Shown here piece after piece: positions 51,201-63,425 of a DNA stretch of 64,000 nt (the stretch's first letter is position 1; each line of letters begins with the position of its first letter). The stretch spans positions 124,001-188,000 of the forward strand of contig NW_026782168.1 of assembly GCF_031769215.1 (NCBI RefSeq). Direction: 5' to 3'. The notes below the pieces were generated by a model, which saw nothing but the letters and a program-made list of their open reading frames with translations, had not been told where the DNA came from and searched no databases. Source of the stretch: Ylistrum balloti. Taxonomy: Eukaryota. The position numbers and the translations under genes were made by a program.

Positions 51201-54200
51201 GAGACCACCCTCAAAACTTTAATGTACACATGCGCCTTTCCTAATATATAGCATGCATACAAGGAATGCTGACATGTCCTTATACATTTTATGACCAAAA
51301 GTTACTATACAAGTCTTCCAACAATATATCATATACCTTATATACCCCAATATCATCAATTGTTCTTTTGACATTACTTTCTACATTTTCTACTAAGAAA
51401 GAGACTTTAAACACCTAACAGTACAGTTCTCACAATAACAGGTAGATGTTGAAAGATAAAAACCAAGAAATCTCCAAGAAATATGACTTTTCCAGTACAA
51501 TTGGTTGTTTGTTATTGTAAAAGCAGATGGCAATAACTTCACTGATGATTTAGAGATTAGTATGTGTGCAAAGTGTTTTAAGAATGATCAGAAAACAAGC
51601 CACAACCTAAAGGTCAAAACATTGGTGTTGATGATACATGGCAAAACATCCCACTATTGTCCATAGATGATCTATTTTATGGCCAGTCTTTTCACACAAA
51701 ATGCACACTGTATGAAGAGTTCCAATCAAAATGACCATAATGCTCAAACATGCAAAACACCAACTCATCTTTCACAACAGGCTGTGGTATCTTTGGTCCT
51801 CATATATTTTTTCACATCATCTCATAGGGAAAGATAAGAACCCTAACTTTGAATTTTTTGCGGTTATCAGGGAACATGACGGCCATTTTGAAAGTTGAGA
51901 TTTCACTTTAGTGGATTATATAGTGTAGGTGACAGTCCCTTTGTACAAATAAAAACAAGTGTGAACATTTTATTTTGGTTCACTTTAAATTACAATCCAA
52001 AACAGATTTTACCTTTTGCTTGTTTTTCATTTAAAAAAATACATAGCAATATTGTCGATCAATTTTAATTACTTTGCACAAAACTCCTAATTACTATTTT
52101 CTGGCAATTTATTTTATACTGTTTGAAAATATTTGTTAGCACATGATTACATTTTTGACCTTCAGAAAATTTAAATTAACATAAAAAGAGCACATTCTTT
52201 CTTTAAATCCATCACATTTTTATCTCCTGTTCCTGTTTCCTGTATTTGAAACTGCTTCTTGCTTTGCATATATAGTATCTAACATGTTATTATCAGCATG
52301 TTCATGTTTAGTTTTCTTTGCAAAAATGAAGCAATGATATTGTAGCATTTTCTCCTAAAACCATACATTTTTTTTCATTTTTGGCACAAAAAGGGTCCTA
52401 TATTCTTGTGTTTGTGAATGTTTGGACATGAATGCCTATTTGAATATATGCAAATACAGAGGCTTCTAATATCACATACATGCTGTTGTATTTGCTTCTT
52501 AGGCCATTCTGAAACTCCACCTTTTAAATGTGTATATTTCAATATCAAAGGGCCCTATGTTAGCAAAGAGGCAGATATTCTCTCCCAACCACCTCTGTTA
52601 AAAGATTGCTCTGTATATACAGGCACCAAAAAACATTATCTGTCTGTTATTTTATTCTCACCTTTGGTTTTGGGGTGGCTTTTTTATTGGACGTTTCAGA
52701 AAATTCTTCCTCCTCCGTTTCCTCAAGCATTTCTAGAAATTTAGGAGTAGGTTTTGAAATTCTGCCTGATGCCATTTTCCTCTGTGGCTCAGGAGAACCT
52801 GAGAAACAAAGAAACTTCAGCACATCAACAAAACTAAAATAAATACATGGTTCTGTACATCACAATTAAAACACCCTGATTCAAAAATTATAAAAATCCC
52901 AAATAAGAGGAAAATTATCGCAAAGCATAACCAACATCTTATATAATTCACAACTCTTGAAATATTTTGGATAAACAAATTCTTTTGTCCTGAATGTCAT
53001 CAGTGTAACTGTACTACATGACATTTATCCTTCCACTTTGATGGAAAAAAGTTTCTGCATATTTCCTAATTATCACAATGACCAACATGGTGTATGGTTG
53101 TGACACTGATGAAGTATTCTCTGTGTATTATGTGTATACCAGTTTCATAATTTTGACATAGCTAAAGATAGAATAACGACATTATCAGCAAAGGCAATTA
53201 AATTAACTCCCCTTGACAACCGGTAATGTGGAAAATACAGAAAGTTAATAAGGTCTTTCAAATGCTGTCTATTTGACTGGAGAAAACTTACCCTGGTCAG
53301 ATGTGAACTTCGACCTGTATCTAGCCTTCTGCTTTTTACTCATCATGCACCACTGTTGTTTGAGATAAGCTACCAATGCTGTCTCGTCCAAGTCAGGATG
53401 TTCCTCTTTTGCACTGTCTCTATGTTTCTGACAAAACACATCAAACGATCCATCCCCACTTCCTTGTCTTGGTGATACCACTGGTTCACTGGAATTAGCA
53501 GTCTCCAGTTTTTTTCGTTTAGCTGTGGCTGTAGCTCCCGACTCATCTTTGTCAGATTTCCTCTTTCTTTTTCTTGTGTCTTTCACAATATCAGCTTCTG
53601 TTTTAGTGTCACTTTTACTAACAGTCTTGTCACTGGCTTTACTGTCTTCACTGTCTTTTGAAGCATATACGTAAGTGTAGTGCTGCTTTCTTTCATTCCT
53701 AGACATAGGTAGAGCCTCCTCTGCTTCCTTGATAGCTATGTTCCATGCTGCTGCACGACTGTTGCTCACCTTATACAGTTTCTCAAGTCTTTGTTTACCC
53801 TGCTTTTTTGCATTTTTAAGAAGTTCAGACTTGTGGTCTTCATATTGTTTCCTGCCTTGAAATTCCATGATGCTGGAAGAGAAAAGCCATCCTCTCTCTT
53901 CTTCATGACCGAAGTACTGCACATGATACAACCGAACCCGTTCTGAAAATAACATAATTCATAAGATTAGATCATTGAATTTTATTTATCATTAAATACT
54001 GTATCTTTTTTCTAATTATTGAGAAAAACCTTTAAAATTTCTTTGAGGTTACCAATTGTTGAAAGAAAATGAGAAAAATGTCTATGTCGTGTTTGCTGCC
54101 ACTTCCATATTTAATCAAATCATATTCATGTATTTTATAATAGCAACTGTGATCAAGACATTTGAACAATTAACCAGGGACTTATCCCAGAGATTCCAGA

Positions 54201-55852
54201 CAAATTTTACAACCAGAAAAGAGAAGTATTTCCTAAGGAGTATGTTTTGTCATCCATATATTTTTTGATGGTGAAATTTTCCTCGAAACAGAGCACATCA
54301 ATATATTTTACTCAACATATTTTTTCAAGATCATGCAACCATGTGAAAAAAACAAAACAAAATATCAGTCTAACCTCAACATAGTCATATTTTATTAAGT
54401 CATATTTTATTGCAGTAATCTTCTTTTGAATTCTGACTACAAGGGCCATCTGGAATTTCTCCATTTTTTCAAAATAGGTCAAAAATTCCTGTTTCTACAA
54501 ATGGCAACATTCCAAAAGTAGATTTACCAATGGATTCTCAGCTACTTGATCTTTGTATCAAAATCTGACAAAAATCCATAAAGAAATGAAGACCTCAAGT
54601 TGGGATAAAATGGGCACAGAGAATAGTTCATGCTACATCTCTCTACGAATTTTGATCATGTACTTACTATTAAACTTTGTATAGAGTCCCTGGAAGGGAT
54701 CGTAAGCAACCATACATGGCCACCATGGATGTCCAGGCACTTTCCCCCACAGAACATCACCAACCAACCACTGTGCTGGTTTCTCTTCCTCCACCTTAGT
54801 AACTCTTTCTGTATGCGGTTCTTCCTTTATTTCAGGAGTTTTTTTTCGTACAGTAGTTGTAGTACCTTTTTGGGATGTTTTCTCCTCTTCAAAATCTATT
54901 TTTTTAGGTTTCCGGTTTCTTTTACCCAATACAACAGTTTCCTGAAAAATATTCTTATAAACCTGGTTTGATGGTGACAATTTTTCTGGAGAAGGATTGG
55001 ATTCGGTTTTCTTATCTGCAATTTGTGGCGATTCTTCTGCATTTTTCTTTATTGTACTAGCAGGTTTTCTACTCTTTTTTCCGCTACGGGACTTTGACTT
55101 GCCTGTATCATCGCTTTTCTCCTTTTCTGTTTCTTCCTCGGTTTTTGCCACATCACCTGTGCCTAACAAAAAGAAAGAGAAATTTAAGAAAAATGAACAT
55201 GTTATTAAACCGCAAATATCAGTACAGACCATACACAGACATCTCCTTATATGCATTTTTCTGTTTTTTGCTTTTGATTTTTATTTTTGATGTCAAATTA
55301 TTCGTAATCTAAAATGACACATTATAATTCCTATCATTGTCACAATTATTTTGTCTAAGACTAATGTGTTAATATAAACAATATTGGCTTGTAATGACAA
55401 AATTATTTTCCACCAAGCTGTTGCAAGATTACCTGCAGTTATTATATCGTGTATGCAAGACATTTGAAGACAGTAAGTGAAACTCATTTATCAACCAACT
55501 GTGATGTACCTGGACTAACATCTCCAGCCTCTTGTACACATAGTTCTGTTTTCAAATCTGCGTCCAATTTGACTACTTTCCCTGTGCCCTCTATGTGTAG
55601 AGTTGCCTCAACATTTGGTATACATTCTGTACTCTCCCTCTTAGCACTGGCCTTGCTCTGTGCAATCTTGGTGTTGCGTGTCAAGTTTGCTATCTGTGGT
55701 AGGTGATGTCGAAATCCAATGGCAGGACTAGTAGAGACAGATTTAGGGGAGTCAAGGGCAGAATCAGACAATTCCACTGGTGGTTTGCAATCTCCATTCA
55801 CAAGAGGCGTGTCCCCAACTTTCTGATTCGGAATTGAAATGTCCACATCCAT
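36290..55852 (-). CDS. NSD2: NSD-family histone H3K36 methyltransferase (NSD2/WHSC1-like; probably the single invertebrate NSD/Mes-4 orthologue), about 1482 aa, 19 coding exons
   Basis: Exons 55510-55852, 54668-55162, 53292-53942, 52662-52798, 49305-49406, 48197-48328, 47594-47840, 46756-46959, 44192-44371, 43592-43751, 41695-41823, 40886-40965, 40244-40356, 39701-39973, 38798-38919, 38548-38684, 37931-38037, 37484-37700, 36290-36909. All phases are compatible; total 4449 nt. Domain order: PWWP (GHPWWPC), HMG-like box, 4 PHD fingers, PWWP (NYRWWPG), AWS, SET ([27 protein letters not shown]), post-SET, PHD5-C5HCH. An in-frame TAA upstream of the ATG at 55852 supports the start. Confidence 0.95.
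39312..39398. repeat. 29-bp tandem repeat, 3 exact copies
   Basis: TTTCGTCCAAAGCCCTTAACCTAAGACTA at 39312, 39341 and 39370. Confidence 0.95.
42585..43453 (+). mobile_element. HINE/pearl-like element with a tandem 169-bp core array, in an NSD intron
   Basis: Subterminal inverted repeats AGGGCCCCGCAT (42604-42615) and ATGCGGGGCCCT (43437-43448). Core units start at 42871, 43040 and 43209. (GACA/GACG)n microsatellite; 3' palindrome GCATCGCGATGC at 43429-43440. Confidence 0.8.
45520..45852 (+). mobile_element. HINE-like element with two core units of about 180 bp
   Basis: GGCACAACTAG..CACTA..AAATATATACAG.AAGTTTTGTG.AGTTGA occurs twice, followed by CAGACAGATGGATGG and a degenerate 3' hairpin. 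Confidence 0.5.
48645..49105. repeat. 46-bp minisatellite, about 10 copies, in an NSD intron
   Basis: Unit AACCTCTAGTATTTACAAGGATGATATATACTCTATCTCTAGAGGY. Confidence 0.95.
49863..50579. repeat. 84-bp tandem repeat, about 8 copies, in an NSD intron
   Basis: Unit TTCACTACTTGTGTCTTTCTTCACCGTGCCTATACACAGCTAATATTTKAAGACAMTGACCATGTATTCTCTATATCCCATGGA at 49863, 49947 and onward; one unit carries an insertion. Confidence 0.95.
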
Positions 55853-56779
55853 GGTTTTCTTACTGTTGCAAGATTACCTGCATAAAAATTATAAAACCAG
55901 ATTAATTTCTTACCATAGCAATAACTTCTACACATTTACACCTTAGCTAATTTAATTTTTAACAGCTTATCCTCTTACCCTCCTTTTTTAAGTATTATTG
56001 TCCTATTAGTGAGTATGAGTTTCCTAGGTCACACAATAACCTCAACATCCCCTACCATCTGTTGTGCTGCTCACAAGAAGATGGCAGAGTATTTTGTCAA
56101 TGTTTTCTCAATGTTAGTATCTAATATCTATCAGAATCAATGACAGCAACATTACCACAAGTGATCTTGCACAAGCCCACAAAGTGAGCTCTTCCATTCA
56201 AATCTCCTACATCTAGAAAATCAAATCACCTGCCTACAAGGCAAGCTGCATGCATGTGGGCTGCCATTTTGTTTTGACTTATGCAATGACCTTTTGAATC
56301 ATTGTTCATATTGGGGTCAGTCGTGTCATTTTCCTATTGAACAGAAACAATTCGGTCAGATTTATTTTTTATGGAAGTAAGAAATTTGTGGACAGTGTAT
56401 TGTAATTCTATCACATGTACATATTATGATTACAGTGCCAGGATGTGATGGCAACTTAGCATCATTCTGTAGAAGAAAAGCAAGCAAAGTTGGAGTTGGG
56501 TTGGAGCTGAAAAAACAACTAGGAAATACCAACATGTCAACATAATCATAATCCAAACTAAAGAGGCAAATAAGAACAAAAGAAGGATCTACATACAGAT
56601 TTCTGAAAAAGTACAAGGAGAATAAGACCAGGTGTTCAGGAAGAATAAACATCTTCTGCTTCAACAACACTTGCCATATATATCTTGGTCAATCCAAGAA
56701 AGTAATGTCACATTTTCAAATGAGAACAAGGTACATAAAGATGGAACCAATAGACAAACCAACAAGCACCAATACATCC

Positions 56780-56935
56780 AGCTTCATATTGCACATAGAA
56801 ATAGAATATTTCTGAACAAGATCATTACGACAACCATAAATCTTCTCCATAATTTTCATCAAGCTGTATCTTTTAAAACCCTGTGTTGCGAGGTTAGTCT
56901 GTCAGTTGATGACTTCTTGCATGAAAATCTTGATA
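56780..56935 (-). pseudogene. Penelope-like retroelement RT C-terminal fossil
   Basis: HYQDFHARSHQLT, then a frameshift, then LATQGFKRYSLMKIMEKIYGCRNDLVQKYSISM. This resembles the DF..R..LLT.KL..QG....L....KFYGR..DLV..Y.IS motif of mollusc Penelope-like RTs (recall, no search run). Confidence 0.55.
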
Positions 56936-58924
56936 ATGGGAGGAGGCCTTGAAAATTATGATTTTTGTGTGTTTTAAGACTTTGCAAATGTGAACAGTTT
57001 TCTGCCAGGGCCAAAATAGTTCAAAAATCATTACTGCTTTACTTAAGGAACATTACCAGAGACAACTCATTGATTCATTGACATTATTGGAACACCACTT
57101 ATCTGGAGATATATCAGGGCAACATGCAACATTCATGTAACTGGAGAATGTGATAATGAATATTCCACCTAGGTTAGGAATTTCAAAGCATGTGGAAATT
57201 ATGTTTAAATATCTATCTGTGATTCTGTCTTTTACCATTCCATGACTGTATACAACCAGTATGATACTTTCTCCAACTCTGTCGGAAGTGCTATTTTAAT
57301 CTTTATTTCAATATATGTCGGAGGAGAAATTCTAGATAAAGATGTTTAAGGACTTGCGTCCAGCATACAGCAATGTATGTATCATTTATCAATGTATATT
57401 CAGGGTCGATCATATTGGCAGGAAAGTCCCCATACACCCACAAGGCTGGTCATCACATCTTTGAAATCCTGTGTTCTTCTTCCATAGTGTGGTTACCGTT
57501 GTAAATTTTAAGTTACTAATGCATGATGTCGTCCATCATGCATAACACTGCCTGGCTTATATATGAAATATTAATATTCATTTATCTGAAAACATTTGAC
57601 GACTTCATCTGGCCAGAATCATATTTTGATTTACATCATAATACCAGTAGTGCAGTGAACTGTATATATTTTTTTTAACAAACCCAAGAACACAAGAAGA
57701 AAATCAACATAATGTGTAAAAATGCATGCACGTCATTTGTTGATCAACATCTTATTTACAAGTGTTCATGGAACAACTTTATAGTAAATGCATTCAACAA
57801 AGTTAAGAAACGCTTACAAATTCTAAACACGTGTCGAGAAGCCGTTACAACACTAAAATAATGTCCAGTGAGAAAAAAAACATCAGATTTCACAGCACAA
57901 TAGACCGCTCGTACACGAACGCACTTATGGCTTCCAGTTGAGTTCTTATAGTATTTTATCATATTAACGGGGTCAATTAAGAATTATAACGTTCAGTTTA
58001 CAAAAGTACAAATACAGAATGGTGTACAATATTTCAAATATGATGATTACCATGAAAAAGACCCCAAAATCTTCATACGAGATTTGCGGCAAGCTGTTTT
58101 AGCTCCACCGGAAGAAATACTCTTTCATGCTTCGATTTACCTCCAAGTAATGTCGGCAGCGTTCGGCAATATTCGGCGGGAAAAATAATTGAATATGATT
58201 GGCTACTGACATCTTCGGGAAATTCCGATAATAATTCAACCTATGAAAACGGCGGGTAATATCGAAAGTAGCTTTAAGGATGCATAAGCATTAAAATATA
58301 TTGAGAAGACAATAACGTTATTTTATCAGATCGAATTATCTATGAACACTTTTCTTTAACGAGTTTTACGTCCGTTATTATGACCTGTCGGCTTTTGCAA
58401 TGGACGAACTATAGATACAAAATACTTACCTTTAAAGTAAAACACTTTCATAAACCTTTTATATAAATTGTTTATCATCTAGAAATACCAGTTCACACAA
58501 CCATTGAAGCACAATAATGTATTATAATCTTCCTGAAACAACTTACAGAATTTTAAATTCGATGATGATGATGATGGCGAAAACGACGATGATAGCCTTG
58601 CGCACATATTATTTTCTTAACGCAACTAAACAATTCATCATCAGTATTCAATAACAAACCAAGTAATGTCACGATTTGAATTTGGAATCGCCAAACTCAA
58701 ATTCGCCGAAAACATGGCAAATATAGAACAATGAAAAATTTACAGAGAGGCTGTTGAAAAAGAACAAAGTTCTATACAATGATAAGACTAGGTGTTTCGG
58801 AAGGGTAATCGTTTTCTGTTTCATAGACGACACTCGCAATGTAACTCGCGGAAAAATAAGTAAGAAATCAGATCACGTTCCCAAATAACTCGGAACATGG
58901 AAAACAGCAAATGAATCTTAGGTA

Positions 58925-59130
58925 TACTAACGAGTTTGGCAGCTGCCGACATCTTGCACGAGAATCGTGATACTGCGAACAGATATTAACATACTACAAT
59001 ATGGGGATATCGAATCAGTTGCGACATGTAAACACAGGAAATTGGGGATGCAGGTGTGTTCTATCCAGAAATAGAACCTAAAATCCACGAAAGGTAAATC
59101 AAAATCATAACACTTGTCATACAATTTTAT
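58925..59130 (-). pseudogene. Second Penelope-like RT fossil
   Basis: KLYDKCYDFDLPFVDF (cf. KLYDKRDDFNFPIVNF) and, in another frame, CSQYHDSRARCRQL (cf. CSSY.DF..R...L). Confidence 0.5.
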
Positions 59131-62100
59131 TATAGTCCACAACAATTAATATTTTTTCTGCTATTCGCCTTCTTTGAAAAGGAAGCCCTTAAAATTTCGA
59201 ATGGTGATATGGTGATATGAAAATAATAGCAAGGATCGAACACATATTGATAAAATTTCATACCGCAACAGGAAACAGAAAATTTTAAAATGAGATAGTT
59301 ATCGAGGAAACCTACCCTTGTGTGCATTATTTAATCAACTTGGAAAGAGGGATCTAATCCTATTGAAAATAACCCTCCAAGGCCTGTTATTCCAGATAAA
59401 AGATTGTTTCTACAGGGGTGATTTTTCCGTATTCAGTGAAAATTCGCTTCTTGTTTATATGGAGATTAAAAACAAATTATTGTCATTCTGATTTTCTCGA
59501 CTCGAAGGTTGGATCTTGCGTTGAATGTTGTGAAAGCTAACGCAAAGAAATTATTGATTGTTTGATATGTTTTCTGTCTCCATGACTCCACCAGTGTCCA
59601 GGTACCGTCTCACTTGAGGTGTATTAGTTTTAAGAGAGGTCATTTTTATTTTGGAAATGATTGATCGATCGATTGATTAATTGATTGACAGATTTTCCGT
59701 CTCCGTGACTCCTCTCGTGTACGAGTGTCGTCTCACCGACGAACGTCAGTGTTCACGGCTCTTCGTAAGACGAACGAAAGACCAATCAACGATTAACGTC
59801 AGAGCTTTATATTAGGGTTTTTGTTTTGAGTGACATCGTACCTTAAGGAGTATAGTGGATAGATCGGAAAGAAAACACTAGACAAGAATAGTGATAAACG
59901 AGTAATTATTTATAATTGTCATTTTGTCTGTAAATAACTAAGTTTTGTATATATTTTATGTATGTTTTGCATTTTTGATCATTATCAGATGTCACTGCTT
60001 GGTAACCATTATCATTTCCTTATCAACTTTTAGGAAACTATTTTGAAAGGGAAACATTTTGCAATATTATAGTGTTTTATATTAAAAATATTTAAAATCA
60101 CTTCTCTAATAAGTGCAACTAGGACAACGTAGGACACGAGTAAAAGTTTCTCTTTACAAATTTACAAAACAATTCTAAAGAAGAAATACCGTTGTTTGTT
60201 TCAAGATGTGTTGAAATTTCGTTTTTGTTTAGTTTTTCTTCATCTGACAAGAAATGCCATAAAATTTAGTTCCATTTCACTTAACTAAATGATATCAAAA
60301 TTACGGCATAAATATACAATATTGCAGGTTCCTAACACGCACTCAATGCTGTTCACAAACTGATAAAAAGGCTAGGTGGTATGAACTCTTTTATTTCGTT
60401 TGAGAAGCCAAGGACAGTTGTTTTAGCTTATAGGTCTTTCATGAAAATTGTTAAGGGGACGTAACTCGAGTATACGATTAGCCTTAACAGAGTGCACGTG
60501 GTTTTACATATATGTTATATCAATATGTACATAACTTCTGGTTTGATGATTAAATTTTCTAACTATAGAGAATTATCCTCAAGATTTCTGCCCCCTTGCT
60601 ATTTATGTAGTACAATATAACACTACCACAGTTGTTGAATTTACGTCATATGAACATTAATTAATTTAGGGTAAAACGGTATAAAATTAAACTTCAATAG
60701 TATAGTTTAAACCACATATGCTCTTACATCTACATAATGTAACTTCTAATATCACAAGTACGATTTTTATTATATGTAATGTTTCGATGACTACACGACC
60801 ATCTTCGGAATTAGCACTCGTCATGATGATAGTGAAAACAGGTCGGAGTGACCTTCCAAAATATATTATGTATTAACAAGTACTTTCTTGTTATCAATGC
60901 TTTATCAAAAGGAAGTCCATTCGACTACAAATCGTTCAAAGCCTGGTGAGAATATGTGAAAATATTCTGACAAAACCCTTTCTAGGAAACAAGGTCTTCT
61001 TGTGGTTTCTTTAACACTTGCGGCTTGTCAACTTTGCATTCGCTTTGGCCTACATTACTTTTCATATAAGCATCTTATCTGTTGTAACATTGGTATCTAA
61101 TTAGTGGGTCACAAAGCGGGGAGCCCATACTGTTTCCGTTAGTGAAGATGATCGGATTAAGATTAACGTCCCATCAACAGCAATGACCGACTTATTAACG
61201 GTATCCAACTCTTAATTTGTATCAAAAGTTGCTTTTAGCCCCCGAGGTTTGTCGTAACCTGCATGCCACGTTTGAATTCATTCAAATAGTGGCGCGATTC
61301 AGGGTAACTTTTCATTCCTTTCGACTGAATTTTCTCCAGTCGCCTCTACGGCTTCAAAATGTAGGGCCTAATCACCGTCGACTCCTAGGACAGTCATAGT
61401 TTATATAATTTGTTGGCTCTGCTTTATCCAACTCTATATTAAAAGGTACTCTTCACTTGAAAATAACAGGTTTACATCGATTTCTTTCGATCATTTTTTT
61501 CCCTCCGTCCTCTCCCCGACTTCCAAATTTAGGCCCTTCTTACTGACAAGTCCTGTGACCAAACAAGCTGTATAGTTTTATGCATCGTTTGACTCTACTT
61601 CATCTCACTCTAGATTTGTATTAAGAGGCGCTACAACACAAAGTATACTACAAAAGGTCACCAACAGTTTTTTTTTATCTGGAACTTTAAAAAAATCGAA
61701 CTGATGAATTGCCCTAAACGTTTGACTAAATCCAGGAAGAATTGCAGTTGTTAGTGCTGCTACTTTTTATATATAATCCCCATTTGGTACTTTATCCAGA
61801 CACTCCTGGCCGAATAGCATTCCTCTAAGTCCATTGGTGCTTGGCACGAGACGTACCTTGCATACACTTGTTTAGATGTCAGGTAAGTGAATTAACAAAC
61901 AAGAATCACAGAGATGTTTCAGATTATTTTAATTGATACACAACTTCTTTTACGTCCATAGAATCTGACGGTATACATCCAACGACATATTGAATACAGA
62001 GGGAAAAAAACCGTGATAAATCCAAACATTAACGAAGTCTTCTTGATAAGTTTCAAAATGTAGCTGGATACTTAACATAAGTATGAAGGTATATAAATCA

Positions 62101-63425
62101 ACATACCAAGTATGTTGTTATCATCTAAAATATTTCATCTTGTTAAAAATCAATCTTCCATAAAACTTAATTACAAAGTCTATTACAAATGAACAGTTAT
62201 GCCATCCCAAAAATTCGACTATAATTGTCTTTGACATAAAATCTATTTGGGGAAAAAACTACTGTAAAATACGTAAAAATGAAAGACTTCAAAATTTGAT
62301 GACTACACTTTTGTATCAATGAACTCCTTTCCTCATAGTTAAGCGCTAAAAGATTAGACCAGTTCAACCAGTAATGAAATACAAAAAGAAGTACTATTAA
62401 AAACAAAAAATTTAAAAAGCACAAAGAATAATGAACATTGCATACACATGACTACAACAGAATTCAGTTCACCTTTAACCACTCAAGTATTACAGTCTGG
62501 TAATTTCTAAACCATACATATGGCTTTTGTGTTAATTTACGAATTATGCTGCAGAAATCCATATGATAAGGAAGACATTGTTCACCTCAAGGACCAATAG
62601 CTTAATACATGTCATGCAAGATTTCAATTAAGCAATGGATGTACAGTAAAGAAATGATTGATGAGGATGATGATAATGATGTCGGTCAAAGCAAATGATA
62701 AAGACAACAATACAATACATGGTATGTACAATGACTGATTTAGTTCAGGGCTTATATATTAAAATTTTAAACACAACTTTTAAATACACGAAACAAAAAT
62801 TTCCAAAGAATGAGAGAGTTGTACAGAAAGACAGAAACAGAATGAAAAATAAAAGAACACAATTCCACTAACAAAGTGAATGTGTGATGAGCCTTAGCAA
62901 AATAAAAATTTCATTTTTTACAATTTTTTCATAACACATGTTCAATGCTATTTAGTATTCCAGAGGTATTGTTTAGAGGTAAAATCTTAAACATTTCAAC
63001 GGAAACAGAATGAACATGCCAGATAGTTATAATATATGGTCTTAAGAAGACAGTTACACAAAACTATAAATTTGAAAACATTTTCATTTTTTAAAATTAA
63101 TCCCCAAAGTCTACTAAGTACAGAAATTGGAAAATAATGCAAATTTAGAAGTGTTATAAAGAATGTAAAAAAACATGAATATGCATGAATATATACTCTG
63201 TCAGTTTTGTGATATCCAAGTTAAACTGAACTTCTTAAAAGAGCAATTATTGATAACTTTCAAAACATATGTTAATTGAGATCAATTGAAATGTTTTTAA
63301 CATGATACATCTAAGTTGAGGCATTTACAAAAATATATATAATTACATTTAGATATTTACAGTGAGAATACTTCTATATAAAATATGTACATTTCAGAGG
63401 TATGTGTGGAAAGTTTTAAAAGATT

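Noticed and set aside
57053-57238. ORF upstream of NSD as an extra coding exon
   Set aside because: An in-frame TAA precedes the ATG at 55852 within its exon, and the ORF has no NSD-like content.
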